This document shows, piece after piece, positions 10,257 to 20,606 of a DNA stretch of 64,000 bases; within the stretch, counting starts at the first letter, position 1, and each line of letters starts with the position of its first letter. The DNA is from an uncultured Ignavibacteria bacterium (lineage in GTDB: Bacteria; Bacteroidota; Ignavibacteria; Ignavibacteriales; Ignavibacteriaceae), in assembly GCA_963832715.1 (NCBI GenBank), contig CAWHVB010000001.1, positions 100,065-164,064 on the forward strand, read 5' to 3'. The translations under genes were made by a program, and so were the position numbers. Under the pieces are notes generated by a model. It saw only the letters and a program-made list of their open reading frames with translations, was not told the origin of the DNA and searched no databases.

Positions 10257-11243
10257 ATGGAAGAAATAAAATCCGCAGGTGAGATCAGGGATATTGCCAA
10301 TTCATTCAGGGCAAGCCGCATCTTATTATCCGCATTTGAGCTGGGCATATTTACTATCCTCGATAAGCATCTGATGACAGCAGATGAGGTATCCGATAAA
10401 ATTAATGCAGATCCGCGGGCAGCATCCAGACTAATGAATGCACTTTGTGCAATGGGTTTAATGAAAAAAGTCAAAGGAAAGTTCTACAATACAGACCTTG
10501 CCGCTAAATTCCTTGTAGAAGGAAAACCCGATTTTATGGGTTCTTTATACCATACAAATCATCTCTGGGATACGTGGAGTTTTCTTACAGAGTCGGTAAT
10601 AAAAGGCAGTTCTCATAAGGGGGATCAAAACAAAACAGAAAAACCGGAATGGGTTGAGGCGTTTATTAGTGCAATGCATTATCGAGGAGTCAAACAGGCA
10701 AAGATCATCGGGATGATGATCGACCTCACCGGGGTCAAAAAGATTCTTGATGTAGGCGGGGGATCTGCTGCTTTTTCAATGGAATTGGTAAGAAAAAATC
10801 CTGGTTCAACAGCTGTGGTGCTGGATTTACCCCATGTCATTCCACTAACAAAGAGGTATGTTGAAGAAGCCGGACTAAAAGAGAAATTTAATTTCATCGG
10901 GGGAAATTATCTCGATAAAGATTTCGGAGAAGGATTTGATCTAATACTTTTGTCAGCTATTGTGCATATAAACAATTATGATCAGAATAAAATGCTGATT
11001 CAGAAATGTGCCGATGCCCTTAGTGATAAAGGAATGATCATTATAAGTGATTTTATTATGAGTGAAGACAGAGTGCATCCGGAGTTCGGTGCGCTTTTCG
11101 CATTGAATATGCTCGTCGGCACAGAGAGCGGTGATACATATACTGAAAAAGAGATGAGGGAATGGTATGAAGCAGCGGGTCTCTCAAATATTGAAAGAAA
11201 AAATACATCTTTCGGATCCGATCTTCTGATAGGAAAAAAATAG
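10257..11243 (+). CDS. class I SAM-dependent O-methyltransferase with N-terminal dimerisation/wHTH domain
   Basis: SAM motif ILDVGGGSAAF. Length and N-terminal helix pattern fit Methyltransf_2-type O-methyltransferases. Confidence 0.75.
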   Translation: MEEIKSAGEIRDIANSFRASRILLSAFELGIFTILDKHLMTADEVSDKINADPRAASRLMNALCAMGLMKKVKGKFYNTDLAAKFLVEGKPDFMGSLYHTNHLWDTWSFLTESVIKGSSHKGDQNKTEKPEWVEAFISAMHYRGVKQAKIIGMMIDLTGVKKILDVGGGSAAFSMELVRKNPGSTAVVLDLPHVIPLTKRYVEEAGLKEKFNFIGGNYLDKDFGEGFDLILLSAIVHINNYDQNKMLIQKCADALSDKGMIIISDFIMSEDRVHPEFGALFALNMLVGTESGDTYTEKEMREWYEAAGLSNIERKNTSFGSDLLIGKK

Positions 11244-11493
11244 GAACATATAAAATCTGATTTTCCAGGGGAAATAATTCATAAAAAAAGCCGCTTTCTT
11301 TCCGGTGTAAACTTCCTGCAGCAGACTTTATGACTTCAAGCAGCCGCGAAAGCTTTGTCAGGATGCTTAGCATGGTCCCTCCTAAATTCTATGAACGGAC
11401 AGAATAAATGATGATAGTCTTTGCTTCCGGGGATTTATTAAATATCTTAATTCTCATTTAACACTCCCAATTACGAATGAAAGGTTAACTTCT

Positions 11494-13329
11494 ATGAAAG
11501 GATTTTTTATAGCAGCGGTAATGCTGATATCAGTGTACCCTCTTGCTGCACAGGAGGGAAAAGCCGCAATGTTCAGGGGTAATGAAGCTCATACAGGAGT
11601 ATATGAATCAGGTTATACAGGCAGTCCTAAAGAATTTGCGTGGATATTCTCTACCGGGGGTGCTGTCCGATCTACACCACTCTATTATGATGGAAAGATT
11701 TTTGCAGGGAGCGCCGATCATAATCTATATGCCGTAAATTCATCCACAGGAGAACTTGTATGGAGTTACCCGACTAACGGTCCCGTCAATTCTTCTCCCG
11801 CTGCAGATCAGGAAGGAAATATTTATTTTCTGAGCGGTGATAATAACCTATACTGCGTCAATTCTTTACGGGGTGAACTTAAATGGAAATTTACGACCGG
11901 TAAAGATCTCCCGTACAGATGGGGTTTTGATTATTTGTTGTCTTCTGCAGTGATTCATGGCAATAAACTTTATTTCGGAAGCGGGGACGGCAATCTGTAT
12001 GCATTAAGTAAAACCGATGGAACCCTGATTTGGAAATACTATACCGGCAGCAGGATCAGGACATCACCTGCAATTTACGGCAAATTGCTTCTTTTCGGAG
12101 ATATGGGAGGAAGTTTTTATGCCCTGAATATATCAGATGGAAGTCTTTCCTGGAAGTTTAGCACCGATGGAGGTTCAACAGGTAATAATATGGGCGAAGA
12201 AGGATTTGACCGTACGGCAATAATTTCATCTCCCGCGGCGGATGACAGTATTGTATGTTTCGGAGCCCGCGATGGTTTCCTGTATGCACTTAATGTTTTT
12301 ACGGGTAGACAAATATGGAAATTCGATCACCAGGTTTCGTGGGTAATATCTACTCCGGCGATATATAACAAGACCGTCTTCACCGGTTCGTCAGACGGAC
12401 ATTTTGTTCAGGCGGTCGATCTCCTGACCGGCAAAGAAAAATGGAGGTTCAATACTCCGGGACTGGTGTGGAGTTCCCCGACCATTTCAGGAGATTATCT
12501 CTATTTCGGCGATGGTAAGGGAAACCTGTTCCAGATCGAATCAGGTTCAGGTAAAGTATCGTGGAAATTCAAATTCTCTAAGTGGCTGCTTTCTTCGGTC
12601 ATAGTATATGACGATTTGCTCTGCTTCGGATGCGACGATGGCAATGTTTATAGCCTAAGGGGGAACAAGAAACCCGCTAACGAATTAATAAAGGCTGTAT
12701 ACTGGGAAGATACCGGCGGATATAAATGGTTTAAGAACAGAATTGATGAGTCTGTCAAAGATTATTTCATGGCAGAGAATTATGAATTGTTAAATGCAGT
12801 CCAGCTAAAAGATTTTATGGAGAAAAGAGCGGATGACAAAAAACCCTCAGTCATCATATTTGCGAGCAATAAAGTACCTTATTCCATTGTGCCGGATACT
12901 TCAGATCAGAATCTTTTTCTCACTTATTTAAAATCCGGAGGAAAATCAATTTTCATTGGCAACAACCCCCTCGGATATATACGGGATGCTTCAACTGATA
13001 AATTAGTTTCGGTTGATTACACTGTAGCATCTAAAATCCTCGATATTAAATTTAAGGGAGTAGTCACAGATGCACTGCGCGGGGTTTATACCAGTATTCC
13101 GACAAACAAAGGCAGAAAACTTGGAATAACCAAATGGTGGACCGGCTTCGGAGGTGTCGAGCGGGATGAAGTTACAACCGTGCTGGCTACAAATGAAGCA
13201 GGCGAAGCATCTGCCTGGCTAAAGAATTATGGAGGACCCGAGGGTACAGGACTTATCCAGTTATGGATAGATAACTCCATTCCGGAGGATATTACTTTCA
13301 TTCAGCAGGCTGCCGAATTTACCAACTGA
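11494..13329 (+). CDS. secreted PQQ-like beta-propeller repeat protein with an unassigned ~200-aa C-terminal domain
   Basis: Signal peptide, then repeated ...G.LYA.....G...W.. blades (NLYAVNSSTGELVWSY, NLYCVNSLRGELKWKF and others). Confidence 0.75.
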   Translation: MKGFFIAAVMLISVYPLAAQEGKAAMFRGNEAHTGVYESGYTGSPKEFAWIFSTGGAVRSTPLYYDGKIFAGSADHNLYAVNSSTGELVWSYPTNGPVNSSPAADQEGNIYFLSGDNNLYCVNSLRGELKWKFTTGKDLPYRWGFDYLLSSAVIHGNKLYFGSGDGNLYALSKTDGTLIWKYYTGSRIRTSPAIYGKLLLFGDMGGSFYALNISDGSLSWKFSTDGGSTGNNMGEEGFDRTAIISSPAADDSIVCFGARDGFLYALNVFTGRQIWKFDHQVSWVISTPAIYNKTVFTGSSDGHFVQAVDLLTGKEKWRFNTPGLVWSSPTISGDYLYFGDGKGNLFQIESGSGKVSWKFKFSKWLLSSVIVYDDLLCFGCDDGNVYSLRGNKKPANELIKAVYWEDTGGYKWFKNRIDESVKDYFMAENYELLNAVQLKDFMEKRADDKKPSVIIFASNKVPYSIVPDTSDQNLFLTYLKSGGKSIFIGNNPLGYIRDASTDKLVSVDYTVASKILDIKFKGVVTDALRGVYTSIPTNKGRKLGITKWWTGFGGVERDEVTTVLATNEAGEASAWLKNYGGPEGTGLIQLWIDNSIPEDITFIQQAAEFTN

Positions 13330-13630
13330 ATTTGAGGTGGATGATAAAAAAAGATTGGATAGCGTTTCTACAGATGTTGCTCTGTGTACTTACTATCCAA
13401 TCAAATTCTAATACTTAACCTAATAAGTATTAAAATCAAAGCTGATAAAATTAATTATCAACTTCTGAGATTCAAGATAATCTTATTCATTTAAGAGTCA
13501 ATGTTCAAAGTCTTCCAATTTTCTTCGGACAGAAATGAGAGTGTTTTTAATCACGTTTTTCAAACTGTAACTAAAGTTTTTATTAATTAAATTTCGCCTG
13601 AATTTCAGATGAGGGAAGATATCTTAACTA

Positions 13631-14743
13631 ATGAATACTTCAGGTACAAGGGTTACAGACGCAGCAGCGGAAAAAAGTTTATTTTCACTGCTCGGGTCAT
13701 TACAGATGCCCCTTGCTGTACTGTGCCCTGAATCAGAGGGTGAAAGCAGCATTACAGACTTCACTTTTCTGCTGGTCACTGATTCTGCTGCCTCATCTTT
13801 AGGTTTAAGCCGGGAGACAATCGAAGGAGGAAAATTCAAATCTCTTTTTCCCTTAAGAAAGGATGATAAATTTCCACAGGCACTGCAATCAGCGTACGAA
13901 ACAGGAAAACCCATAAAATTGTTATATCAGAATTTTCGTGATAGTGCCGGCAAATCTTCTACGGGGAATTATAACTTTCAGATAGTAAAATACGGAGCCT
14001 ACGTCATAATTAACTGGATGCCGGGAGATTCTGCGCGGGAAGAAGAAAACACAATCAGATCTCTCAAAGAATCAAATGAGGAATTGGAACAGTTTGCATA
14101 TATAGCCTCTCACGATCTCCAGGAACCCATAAGGATGGTAATAAGCTTTACGCAGCTGCTTGAAAAAAGATACGCTGACAAACTTGATAAGGATGCCAAA
14201 GAGTTCATTCATTTTGCTGTAGATGGTGCACAGAGAATGAAAGTGCTCATTGATAATCTTCTTGATTATTCCAGGCTTAACACCAGCCGGAAAGTATTTA
14301 AAAACGTCTCAACCAAAACTATAGTTGATAAAATAATTGAAGATTTTGCAGCTTTGATTGAAGAAAAAAACGCTTTAATCAAATACGGTGAACTCCCTGT
14401 TGTTTTTTCGGATGAGTCATTGCTCTCACGGCTTTTCACAAATTTATTCTCAAATGCGATTAAGTACAATGTGAACAAAACCGAGATTGAAATATCTGCT
14501 GTTCAAAACGATTCAGAATGGGTATTTTCTGTTAAGGATAATGGTATCGGAATAGAAGAGAAATATTTTGAGAAAATATTTAAGATATTCCAGAGGCTTC
14601 ATGGAAAGACTGAATATCCGGGGACAGGAATGGGACTGGCTATATGCAAAAGAATAGTAGAGAAGCTCGGCGGAAGGATCTGGCTGGACTCTCAGCCCGG
14701 TTCGGGCACTACATTTTTTTTCACAATCCCTGTAAAGGAGTGA
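13631..14743 (+). CDS. sensor histidine kinase (PAS-like N-terminus, HisKA + HATPase_c)
   Basis: H-box FAYIASHDLQEPIRM, N-box NAIKYN, G-boxes DNGIGI and GTGMGLAICKRIV. Confidence 0.85.
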   Translation: MNTSGTRVTDAAAEKSLFSLLGSLQMPLAVLCPESEGESSITDFTFLLVTDSAASSLGLSRETIEGGKFKSLFPLRKDDKFPQALQSAYETGKPIKLLYQNFRDSAGKSSTGNYNFQIVKYGAYVIINWMPGDSAREEENTIRSLKESNEELEQFAYIASHDLQEPIRMVISFTQLLEKRYADKLDKDAKEFIHFAVDGAQRMKVLIDNLLDYSRLNTSRKVFKNVSTKTIVDKIIEDFAALIEEKNALIKYGELPVVFSDESLLSRLFTNLFSNAIKYNVNKTEIEISAVQNDSEWVFSVKDNGIGIEEKYFEKIFKIFQRLHGKTEYPGTGMGLAICKRIVEKLGGRIWLDSQPGSGTTFFFTIPVKE

Positions 14744-14746
14744 ATA

Positions 14747-15190
14747 ATGGCCATACAGTCATTGGCACCAATCAATGTGCTGCTAATTGAAGATAATCCC
14801 GGCGATATCAGACTTATCCAGGAATCATTGAAGGAAAATAAATTTTTTGCCGAGCTGACGGTGATTTCTAACGGTGAGGAAGCCATAAATTATCTGAAAA
14901 AAAACGGAAGTAATTCAGGTGACAGCAGTCCCGACATAATCCTCCTCGATCTGAACCTGCCTAAAAAAGATGGCCGTGAAATCCTGTATGAGATTAAAAA
15001 CGATGATGCCCTTAAATCAATTCCCGTTGTAGTATTAACCTCCTCGAGTGCTGAGGAGGATATTTCAAAAAGTTACCAGAACTATGCAAATTGTTTTATT
15101 TCCAAACCGGTAGATCTCGACAACTTTATTAAGGTTATAAAATCAATTGAAAACTTCTGGCTTACAATTGTTAAACTTCCTAAAAATTGA
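14747..15190 (+). CDS. stand-alone response regulator receiver (Rcp1-like)
   Basis: INVLLIEDNPGD, phospho-acceptor context IILLDLNLPKKDG, and the conserved K in FISKP. Confidence 0.85.
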   Translation: MAIQSLAPINVLLIEDNPGDIRLIQESLKENKFFAELTVISNGEEAINYLKKNGSNSGDSSPDIILLDLNLPKKDGREILYEIKNDDALKSIPVVVLTSSSAEEDISKSYQNYANCFISKPVDLDNFIKVIKSIENFWLTIVKLPKN

Positions 15191-15199
15191 ACATCACAC

Positions 15200-17005
15200 A
15201 TGGATATACAAGTAGATACATCTGTTATAAATGTACTGTTAATTGAAGATAATCCGGGTGACCGCCTGCTGATCAATGAACAGCTCCGTGAAGGATCGCA
15301 GCTTTCAAGATTTTGCCTGGTAACCTGTTCCAGTCTGGCTGAAGGAATTTCCTTTATTAGAAAAGAAAAAGTTGAAGTAATTGTTCTTGACCTGGGGCTG
15401 CCGGACAGCACCGGACTTGATTCACTGAAAAAACTAAAGGATACGGATAGCTCGATTCCTGTAGTTGTACTGACCATAGATCATTCAGACGAAACCGGAC
15501 TAATGGCAATTAAGTACGGGGCACAGGATTACATTCCTAAGGATGAGATCCAGCCGAAATATTTAACCAGGGTACTGGAATATGCGGTAAACAGGAATAA
15601 GCTGGAACAGGAACTGAAGGAATCGTTAAGCATCTATACAAATACATTTGAACAGGCAGCAGTGGGACTAGCACATCTGTCTATACACGCTGTTTTTATG
15701 AAAGTGAATAAAAAATTTGTTGAGATTACAGGTTATCCGGAAAATGAACTGATAGGTAAATCAATAAATGACATTACTTTCCCCGGGGACCTCGAGAATG
15801 ACCTGAAGAATTTTGAAAAGCTGATTTCCGGCGAGACAAAGAACTACAGTCTTGAAAAAAGATTTGTCCATAAGAACGGAAGCATTGTATGGACAAACAT
15901 TACCCGAACTGCAATATTTAATGACCGGGGAGAAATTAAATTTTTCTTTACAACGATCGAGAATATTACTGAAAGAAAATCGCTTGCTATAGAACTTCAG
16001 CGGCAGAAAGACCTGCTGCTGGGAATTTTCGATATACTGCCTGTCGGTATCTCAATACTTAACAGTAAGGGGGAGCTGATCAGCAATAATAAAAAACATG
16101 CAGAGATCTGGGCAGGGTCGGAATACCGGGATATAGATGATCATAAAAAATATAAGGCCTGGAGAGTTGATAATGGCCAGGAAATAAAGAGCAATGACTG
16201 GGCAAGCTACAAAGCTTTAACTGAAAAGGAGTTCTGTATCGGTGAGGTACTGGAAATCCAGTGTTTTGACGGATCAAGGAAAACTATATTAAACTCTGCT
16301 ATTCCTCTTGTTAAGGATGATAATGTACTGGCAGTCGTGGTAGCTGTAGAAGATATCACCGGGCTGGTAGAAGCACAAAATAAACTGAAGAACCTGCTTT
16401 CCGAAAAAGATGTTCTTGTCAAAGAATCTAACCACAGGATCAAGAACAACCTTCAATTGATGGCCAGTCTGCTTAACCTGCAGTTAGTTAATACGAAAGA
16501 CAAAAAGATCCAGAATATTTTAAGCGACACACGAAACAGGCTGTCATCGGTTTCATTCCTGCACGATTATCTCTACCGGTCTTCCGATCTGAATGAGGTT
16601 AATGTGCAAACCTATCTTTATAAAATAATAGATCATATAAGGTCTATTAATGACAACGACGCCCGCAAAATTAAAATCGCAAAGGATATTGAAAATTTCA
16701 CTATCAGTTCGAGCCTGGCTATATCATTAGGATTGATCATTAACGAGCTTATAACAAATGCGGTCAAATATGGTTTTAAAAACAAGGACAAGGGTCTCAT
16801 TTCCATTGAAGTGAAAAAAGAAGACAAAAAGATCTCACTCGTCTTGAAGGATAATGGTGCAGGGCTCCCCGAAAAGATTAATTTCAGTAAGGCGAAAACA
16901 CTTGGCTTCCAGATCGTCCACTCAATGGTTTCACAGCACAACGGATCAATTGATTATAGTATGAATGGAGGAGCTGAGTTTAAAATTAAGCTTTCGCTGA
17001 AATAA
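15200..17005 (+). CDS. hybrid receiver-PAS-PAS-HisKA_2 histidine kinase
   Basis: REC (NVLLIEDNPGD, VIVLDLGLPD), two PAS-like segments, H-box ESNHRIKNNLQ typical of HisKA_2/HWE-like kinases, and a C-terminal ATPase fold. Confidence 0.8.
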   Translation: MDIQVDTSVINVLLIEDNPGDRLLINEQLREGSQLSRFCLVTCSSLAEGISFIRKEKVEVIVLDLGLPDSTGLDSLKKLKDTDSSIPVVVLTIDHSDETGLMAIKYGAQDYIPKDEIQPKYLTRVLEYAVNRNKLEQELKESLSIYTNTFEQAAVGLAHLSIHAVFMKVNKKFVEITGYPENELIGKSINDITFPGDLENDLKNFEKLISGETKNYSLEKRFVHKNGSIVWTNITRTAIFNDRGEIKFFFTTIENITERKSLAIELQRQKDLLLGIFDILPVGISILNSKGELISNNKKHAEIWAGSEYRDIDDHKKYKAWRVDNGQEIKSNDWASYKALTEKEFCIGEVLEIQCFDGSRKTILNSAIPLVKDDNVLAVVVAVEDITGLVEAQNKLKNLLSEKDVLVKESNHRIKNNLQLMASLLNLQLVNTKDKKIQNILSDTRNRLSSVSFLHDYLYRSSDLNEVNVQTYLYKIIDHIRSINDNDARKIKIAKDIENFTISSSLAISLGLIINELITNAVKYGFKNKDKGLISIEVKKEDKKISLVLKDNGAGLPEKINFSKAKTLGFQIVHSMVSQHNGSIDYSMNGGAEFKIKLSLK

Positions 17006-17096
17006 TAACAGCACTTAATTCTTAATTGTACAGATGGGTTTGGTGAAATGAGATTTTAGTACAACCCTCCGGGTACCGTCTGTTCCGATGCCCGCT

Positions 17097-17762
17097 CTAT
17101 TTCCGTCTGTAATTTATAAAGCGTTTATAAAAATCCTGAAGCTCTTCTTTATCGGTCAATCCCTTTTCACTTTTAGCGACGTTCAGGGCGGCAGCTCTCA
17201 GCGAAACATTCTCATCACTTTTCTTCATCTTCTCCCAGGTTTTTTGTACCATTTCATAGTAAGGAATATCTTCCTCTTTAAAAGTTTTATTGGGTTTCTT
17301 CTGGGGCTGTCTTCTCTCCGGTTTTCCGGCACTTACTGATTTCTTAATTCTTTTTACAGGCTTTGCCCCCGGCTGCAGCAGCCGGTATTCAGTTTCAAAA
17401 GCATTAAACAAATTCTGCATGATTCTCTCAAAGTCCTGCTGAATTCCTTTATTCAGATCCTGGTAATCCATGCCTTTTGTATTTAAATCTTTTATCCCAA
17501 GGTAAAGAACGTTAAAAATTGATTCCCTGAACAGCAAAAGGACCTGATTTCTGAATTCCCGTTTTGTATCCTCATCATCCTGTTGTTTTTCAATTTTCTT
17601 CCACAGATTTCCGAAATTTTCATCAAACAATGATAAAATACCTTCAAAGTCTATCTTTTCTGCGATTTTAATAATTTTTTTTGCAGTTTTATAATTCTCA
17701 AGATGCTGTATAAATAATCTGCTCTCATCCTGAAACTCCGTCAATGTGTTTTTATCGGTCAT
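17097..17762 (-). CDS. hypothetical protein (charged, Lys-rich centre)
   Basis: 221-aa ORF with no recognised motif. Coding-like composition and a unique long ORF at this locus. Confidence 0.5.
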   Translation of the reverse strand: MTDKNTLTEFQDESRLFIQHLENYKTAKKIIKIAEKIDFEGILSLFDENFGNLWKKIEKQQDDEDTKREFRNQVLLLFRESIFNVLYLGIKDLNTKGMDYQDLNKGIQQDFERIMQNLFNAFETEYRLLQPGAKPVKRIKKSVSAGKPERRQPQKKPNKTFKEEDIPYYEMVQKTWEKMKKSDENVSLRAAALNVAKSEKGLTDKEELQDFYKRFINYRRK

Positions 17763-17881
17763 ATCTTCTAATTTTATTGTGAATAATGTTCTATAATATA
17801 CCCCTTTACGAATAAATCATTATCGTAAAATCTAATTTATGATAAATTTAGTTCATATTCATTCCGGGGGCATAGGAAAAA

Positions 17882-18030
17882 AAGCGAACAGCGGTGCGGT
17901 TTTGAAAGTGAAACAGTAGAAAGCGAAACAGCGTTTCGTTTTACAGGTTCAAGCGAAACAGCGTTTCGCTTTACAGGTTTAAGCGAAACAGCGTTTCGCT
18001 TTACAGGGTTCAAGCGAAACAGCGGTGTGC
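17882..18030. repeat. head-to-tail array of a 30-nt hairpin unit
   Basis: Full units at 17921-17950, 17951-17980 and 17981-18011, reading AAGCGAAAC-AGC-GTTTCGC-TTTACAGGTTy. Partial or degenerate units lie at 17882-17920 and 18012-18030. There are no spacers. Confidence 0.9.
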
Positions 18031-18032
18031 CC

Positions 18033-20390
18033 TTATGGGAGAGAATACGGCATTTTCATACCCGACGCCCATTCCTTGTTCGGCTGCGGTCCCATATTGA
18101 ATACGAGGCTGCCGCCATTGATAATATCTTTATGGAGTATAAAACTTTTATGGTAGTCTACGCCGTTTAATGTCATCGACTGTATGTATATGTTTTTATC
18201 CGTCAGGTCCTTTGCTTCTATAGAGAACTGCTTGCCATTCTCAAGTGTTATGACAGCGCTTTGCATGCAAGGACTTCCGATCACGTATTCATTACTGCCC
18301 GGAGCTACGGGGTAAAAACCGAGAACACTGAAAATATACCAGGCCGACATTTGACCGCAGTCATCATTTCCGCACAAACCATCAGGTACGCTTCTGTACA
18401 TAGTATCGACAATCTGATGAATGCGTTCCTGCGTGCGCCATGGTTCGCCTGCATAGACATACATATAAGGAACGTGATGACTGGGCTCATTGCCATGGAC
18501 ATAGTTGCCGATCATCCCCGCCTTTGTAACGTCTTCAGTCTGTGCGATGCTCTCGTCGGAAACTTTCATGGTAAAAAGCGAATCGAGCCAGGCAATAAGT
18601 TTATCCCGTCCGCCTAACAATCCGATGAATCCCTGTATGTCCTGCGGTACATAAAGAGAATAATTCCAGGAGTTTCCTTCAATAAATCCCTGTCCTTCAG
18701 TACTTAGAGGATCGAAATTCTCTTTCCAGCTGCCGTCAGAATTCTTAGCCCTCATAAACCCGGTATTCTTATCGAAAATATTTTTATAGGACGAAGCCCG
18801 TTTAAGGAACCTGGCATATAAATCCTTCTTCCCTGCTGCTCCGGCAAACTGAGAGATAGTCCAGTCGTCAAAAGCATACTCGAGTGTTTTTGAAGCGGAG
18901 TAGTCGTTAAGATCCTCAGGAACGTAACCATATTCTTTATAATAACCGATACCGTCATAAGGGTCATAGTCGGCGCTGGCAACGACTGCCTGAAGTGCTT
19001 CATCGACATTGTACCCCCTGATTCCTTTCATGTAGGCATCTGCTATGACAGGTACCGCATGATAGCCAATCATGCACCAATTTTCATTACTATAATGCGA
19101 CCAAACCGGTAATATTTTATGAACGCTTTGTTCGTAATGAGCCAGCATAGAGTTAATAATATCAGAAGTCCTTTTCTGCTGCACTATTGTGAACAGCGGG
19201 TGAAGCGCCCTATAGGTATCCCATAAAGAAAATATCGTATAATCGGTAAATCCATCCGCTTTATAAATATTCTGATCAAGACCGCGGTAGTCGCCGTTGA
19301 CATCGGAGTAAACAACAGGAGCCAGAAAACTATGATACAAGGCAGTATAGAAATTGACTTTGCGGTCCTCACTTCCTTCTATGCGGATTTTGGAAAGTTC
19401 CTTCTCCCATTCGGCTTCAGCATCGTCTTTCACTTTGTTAAAATCCCATCCCGGAATTTCAGCTTCCAGGTTCTTAAGCGCATTGCGTGTGCTGACAGCC
19501 GATAAAGCAAATTTGATCATGATATTCTCCCCTTCCCGGGTGTCAAAATCAAAATGAGCTTTTATTTTGTGTCCCGCTCTTTCCGGAAAATTCTCATCTT
19601 CCTTCCATTTTCTCCAGAATCCTTTGTAAATCAGGGATTCCTCATTTCGCAGGCCATATGACTTAACCGGCTTTGAAAATACCATCGCAAAATAAAGAAG
19701 CCTCGTTCTTGCCCATCCGTTTGTCTGACGGTATCCCGTAATCAGCGTGTCATTCTCAACACGAACCGAGGACCAGACTACCTTTCCGTCATAATTGTAG
19801 ATCCCGCTGGTAAGATCAAGTATAATGTGCGCACTATCAGTTTTCGGAAAAGTATATTTATGAAATCCTGTATGTTGTGCAGTTGTAAGTTCAGCATTTA
19901 TGTTATAGTCATTAAGTTTAACTGAGTAGTATCCCGGATGTGCTTTTTCAGTAGAATGTGAAAACCTCGATCTGTACCCGTTTTCAGGGTGATCTGCAGT
20001 GCCGGGATTTAATTGCAGTTTACCGATAGTCGGCATAATTAAAAAATCACCAAGGTCAGAGTGTCCGGTGCCGCTGAAATGCGTATGACTGAATCCGACG
20101 ATTGTTTTATCGTCATACTGGTAACCTGCACAGTAGCGGTACACATCGGGGTTATAACCATTGCCGTAACTATACCATACAGTATCTGTTTCAGGACTAA
20201 GCTGCACCATTCCGAAAGGGACCGCAGCGCCTGGAAATGTATGTCCCATTTCCTCAGTACCAATGAAGGGATCCACGTAACTGCAGAGTGATTTATTGTG
20301 AGAGGATTTTACTGCCTCCGATTCTTTGCGGCATCCGAAAAATATTACTATTAAGGATAAGCAGATGAAGGCAGGCAAAACTTTAATCAA
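18033..20390 (-). CDS. GH92 family alpha-mannosidase lipoprotein
   Basis: Lipobox IFFGC. N-terminal signature SYVDPFIGTEEMGHTFPGAAVPFGMVQLSPET and length (785 aa) are typical of GH92. Confidence 0.9.
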   Translation of the reverse strand: MIKVLPAFICLSLIVIFFGCRKESEAVKSSHNKSLCSYVDPFIGTEEMGHTFPGAAVPFGMVQLSPETDTVWYSYGNGYNPDVYRYCAGYQYDDKTIVGFSHTHFSGTGHSDLGDFLIMPTIGKLQLNPGTADHPENGYRSRFSHSTEKAHPGYYSVKLNDYNINAELTTAQHTGFHKYTFPKTDSAHIILDLTSGIYNYDGKVVWSSVRVENDTLITGYRQTNGWARTRLLYFAMVFSKPVKSYGLRNEESLIYKGFWRKWKEDENFPERAGHKIKAHFDFDTREGENIMIKFALSAVSTRNALKNLEAEIPGWDFNKVKDDAEAEWEKELSKIRIEGSEDRKVNFYTALYHSFLAPVVYSDVNGDYRGLDQNIYKADGFTDYTIFSLWDTYRALHPLFTIVQQKRTSDIINSMLAHYEQSVHKILPVWSHYSNENWCMIGYHAVPVIADAYMKGIRGYNVDEALQAVVASADYDPYDGIGYYKEYGYVPEDLNDYSASKTLEYAFDDWTISQFAGAAGKKDLYARFLKRASSYKNIFDKNTGFMRAKNSDGSWKENFDPLSTEGQGFIEGNSWNYSLYVPQDIQGFIGLLGGRDKLIAWLDSLFTMKVSDESIAQTEDVTKAGMIGNYVHGNEPSHHVPYMYVYAGEPWRTQERIHQIVDTMYRSVPDGLCGNDDCGQMSAWYIFSVLGFYPVAPGSNEYVIGSPCMQSAVITLENGKQFSIEAKDLTDKNIYIQSMTLNGVDYHKSFILHKDIINGGSLVFNMGPQPNKEWASGMKMPYSLP

Positions 20391-20606
20391 TTTAATATCT
20401 CCGGATTTTTAAGAATATCAATAATAGAAAGAGATTAGATTCTTTGTATCTAAATGTAAAAAAATATTTCTATGAATACCTGTAAAGATCGGAAAGTAAC
20501 CGGGGAATTTTCCGTCCGGCAGCTACCCGCACTCAACATTCGAATAACTTCAGCTTAGTTTTGATTAACCCCTTAATACCGTGAGAAAAAAGATTCCTTT
20601 AATATC

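Noticed and set aside
17921-18030. The 30-nt palindromic repeats looked superficially like a CRISPR array.
   Set aside because: The units are strictly contiguous with no spacers. There are only 3-5 copies and no cas genes in the window. The same hairpin occurs singly elsewhere, so this is a tandem repeat, not CRISPR.
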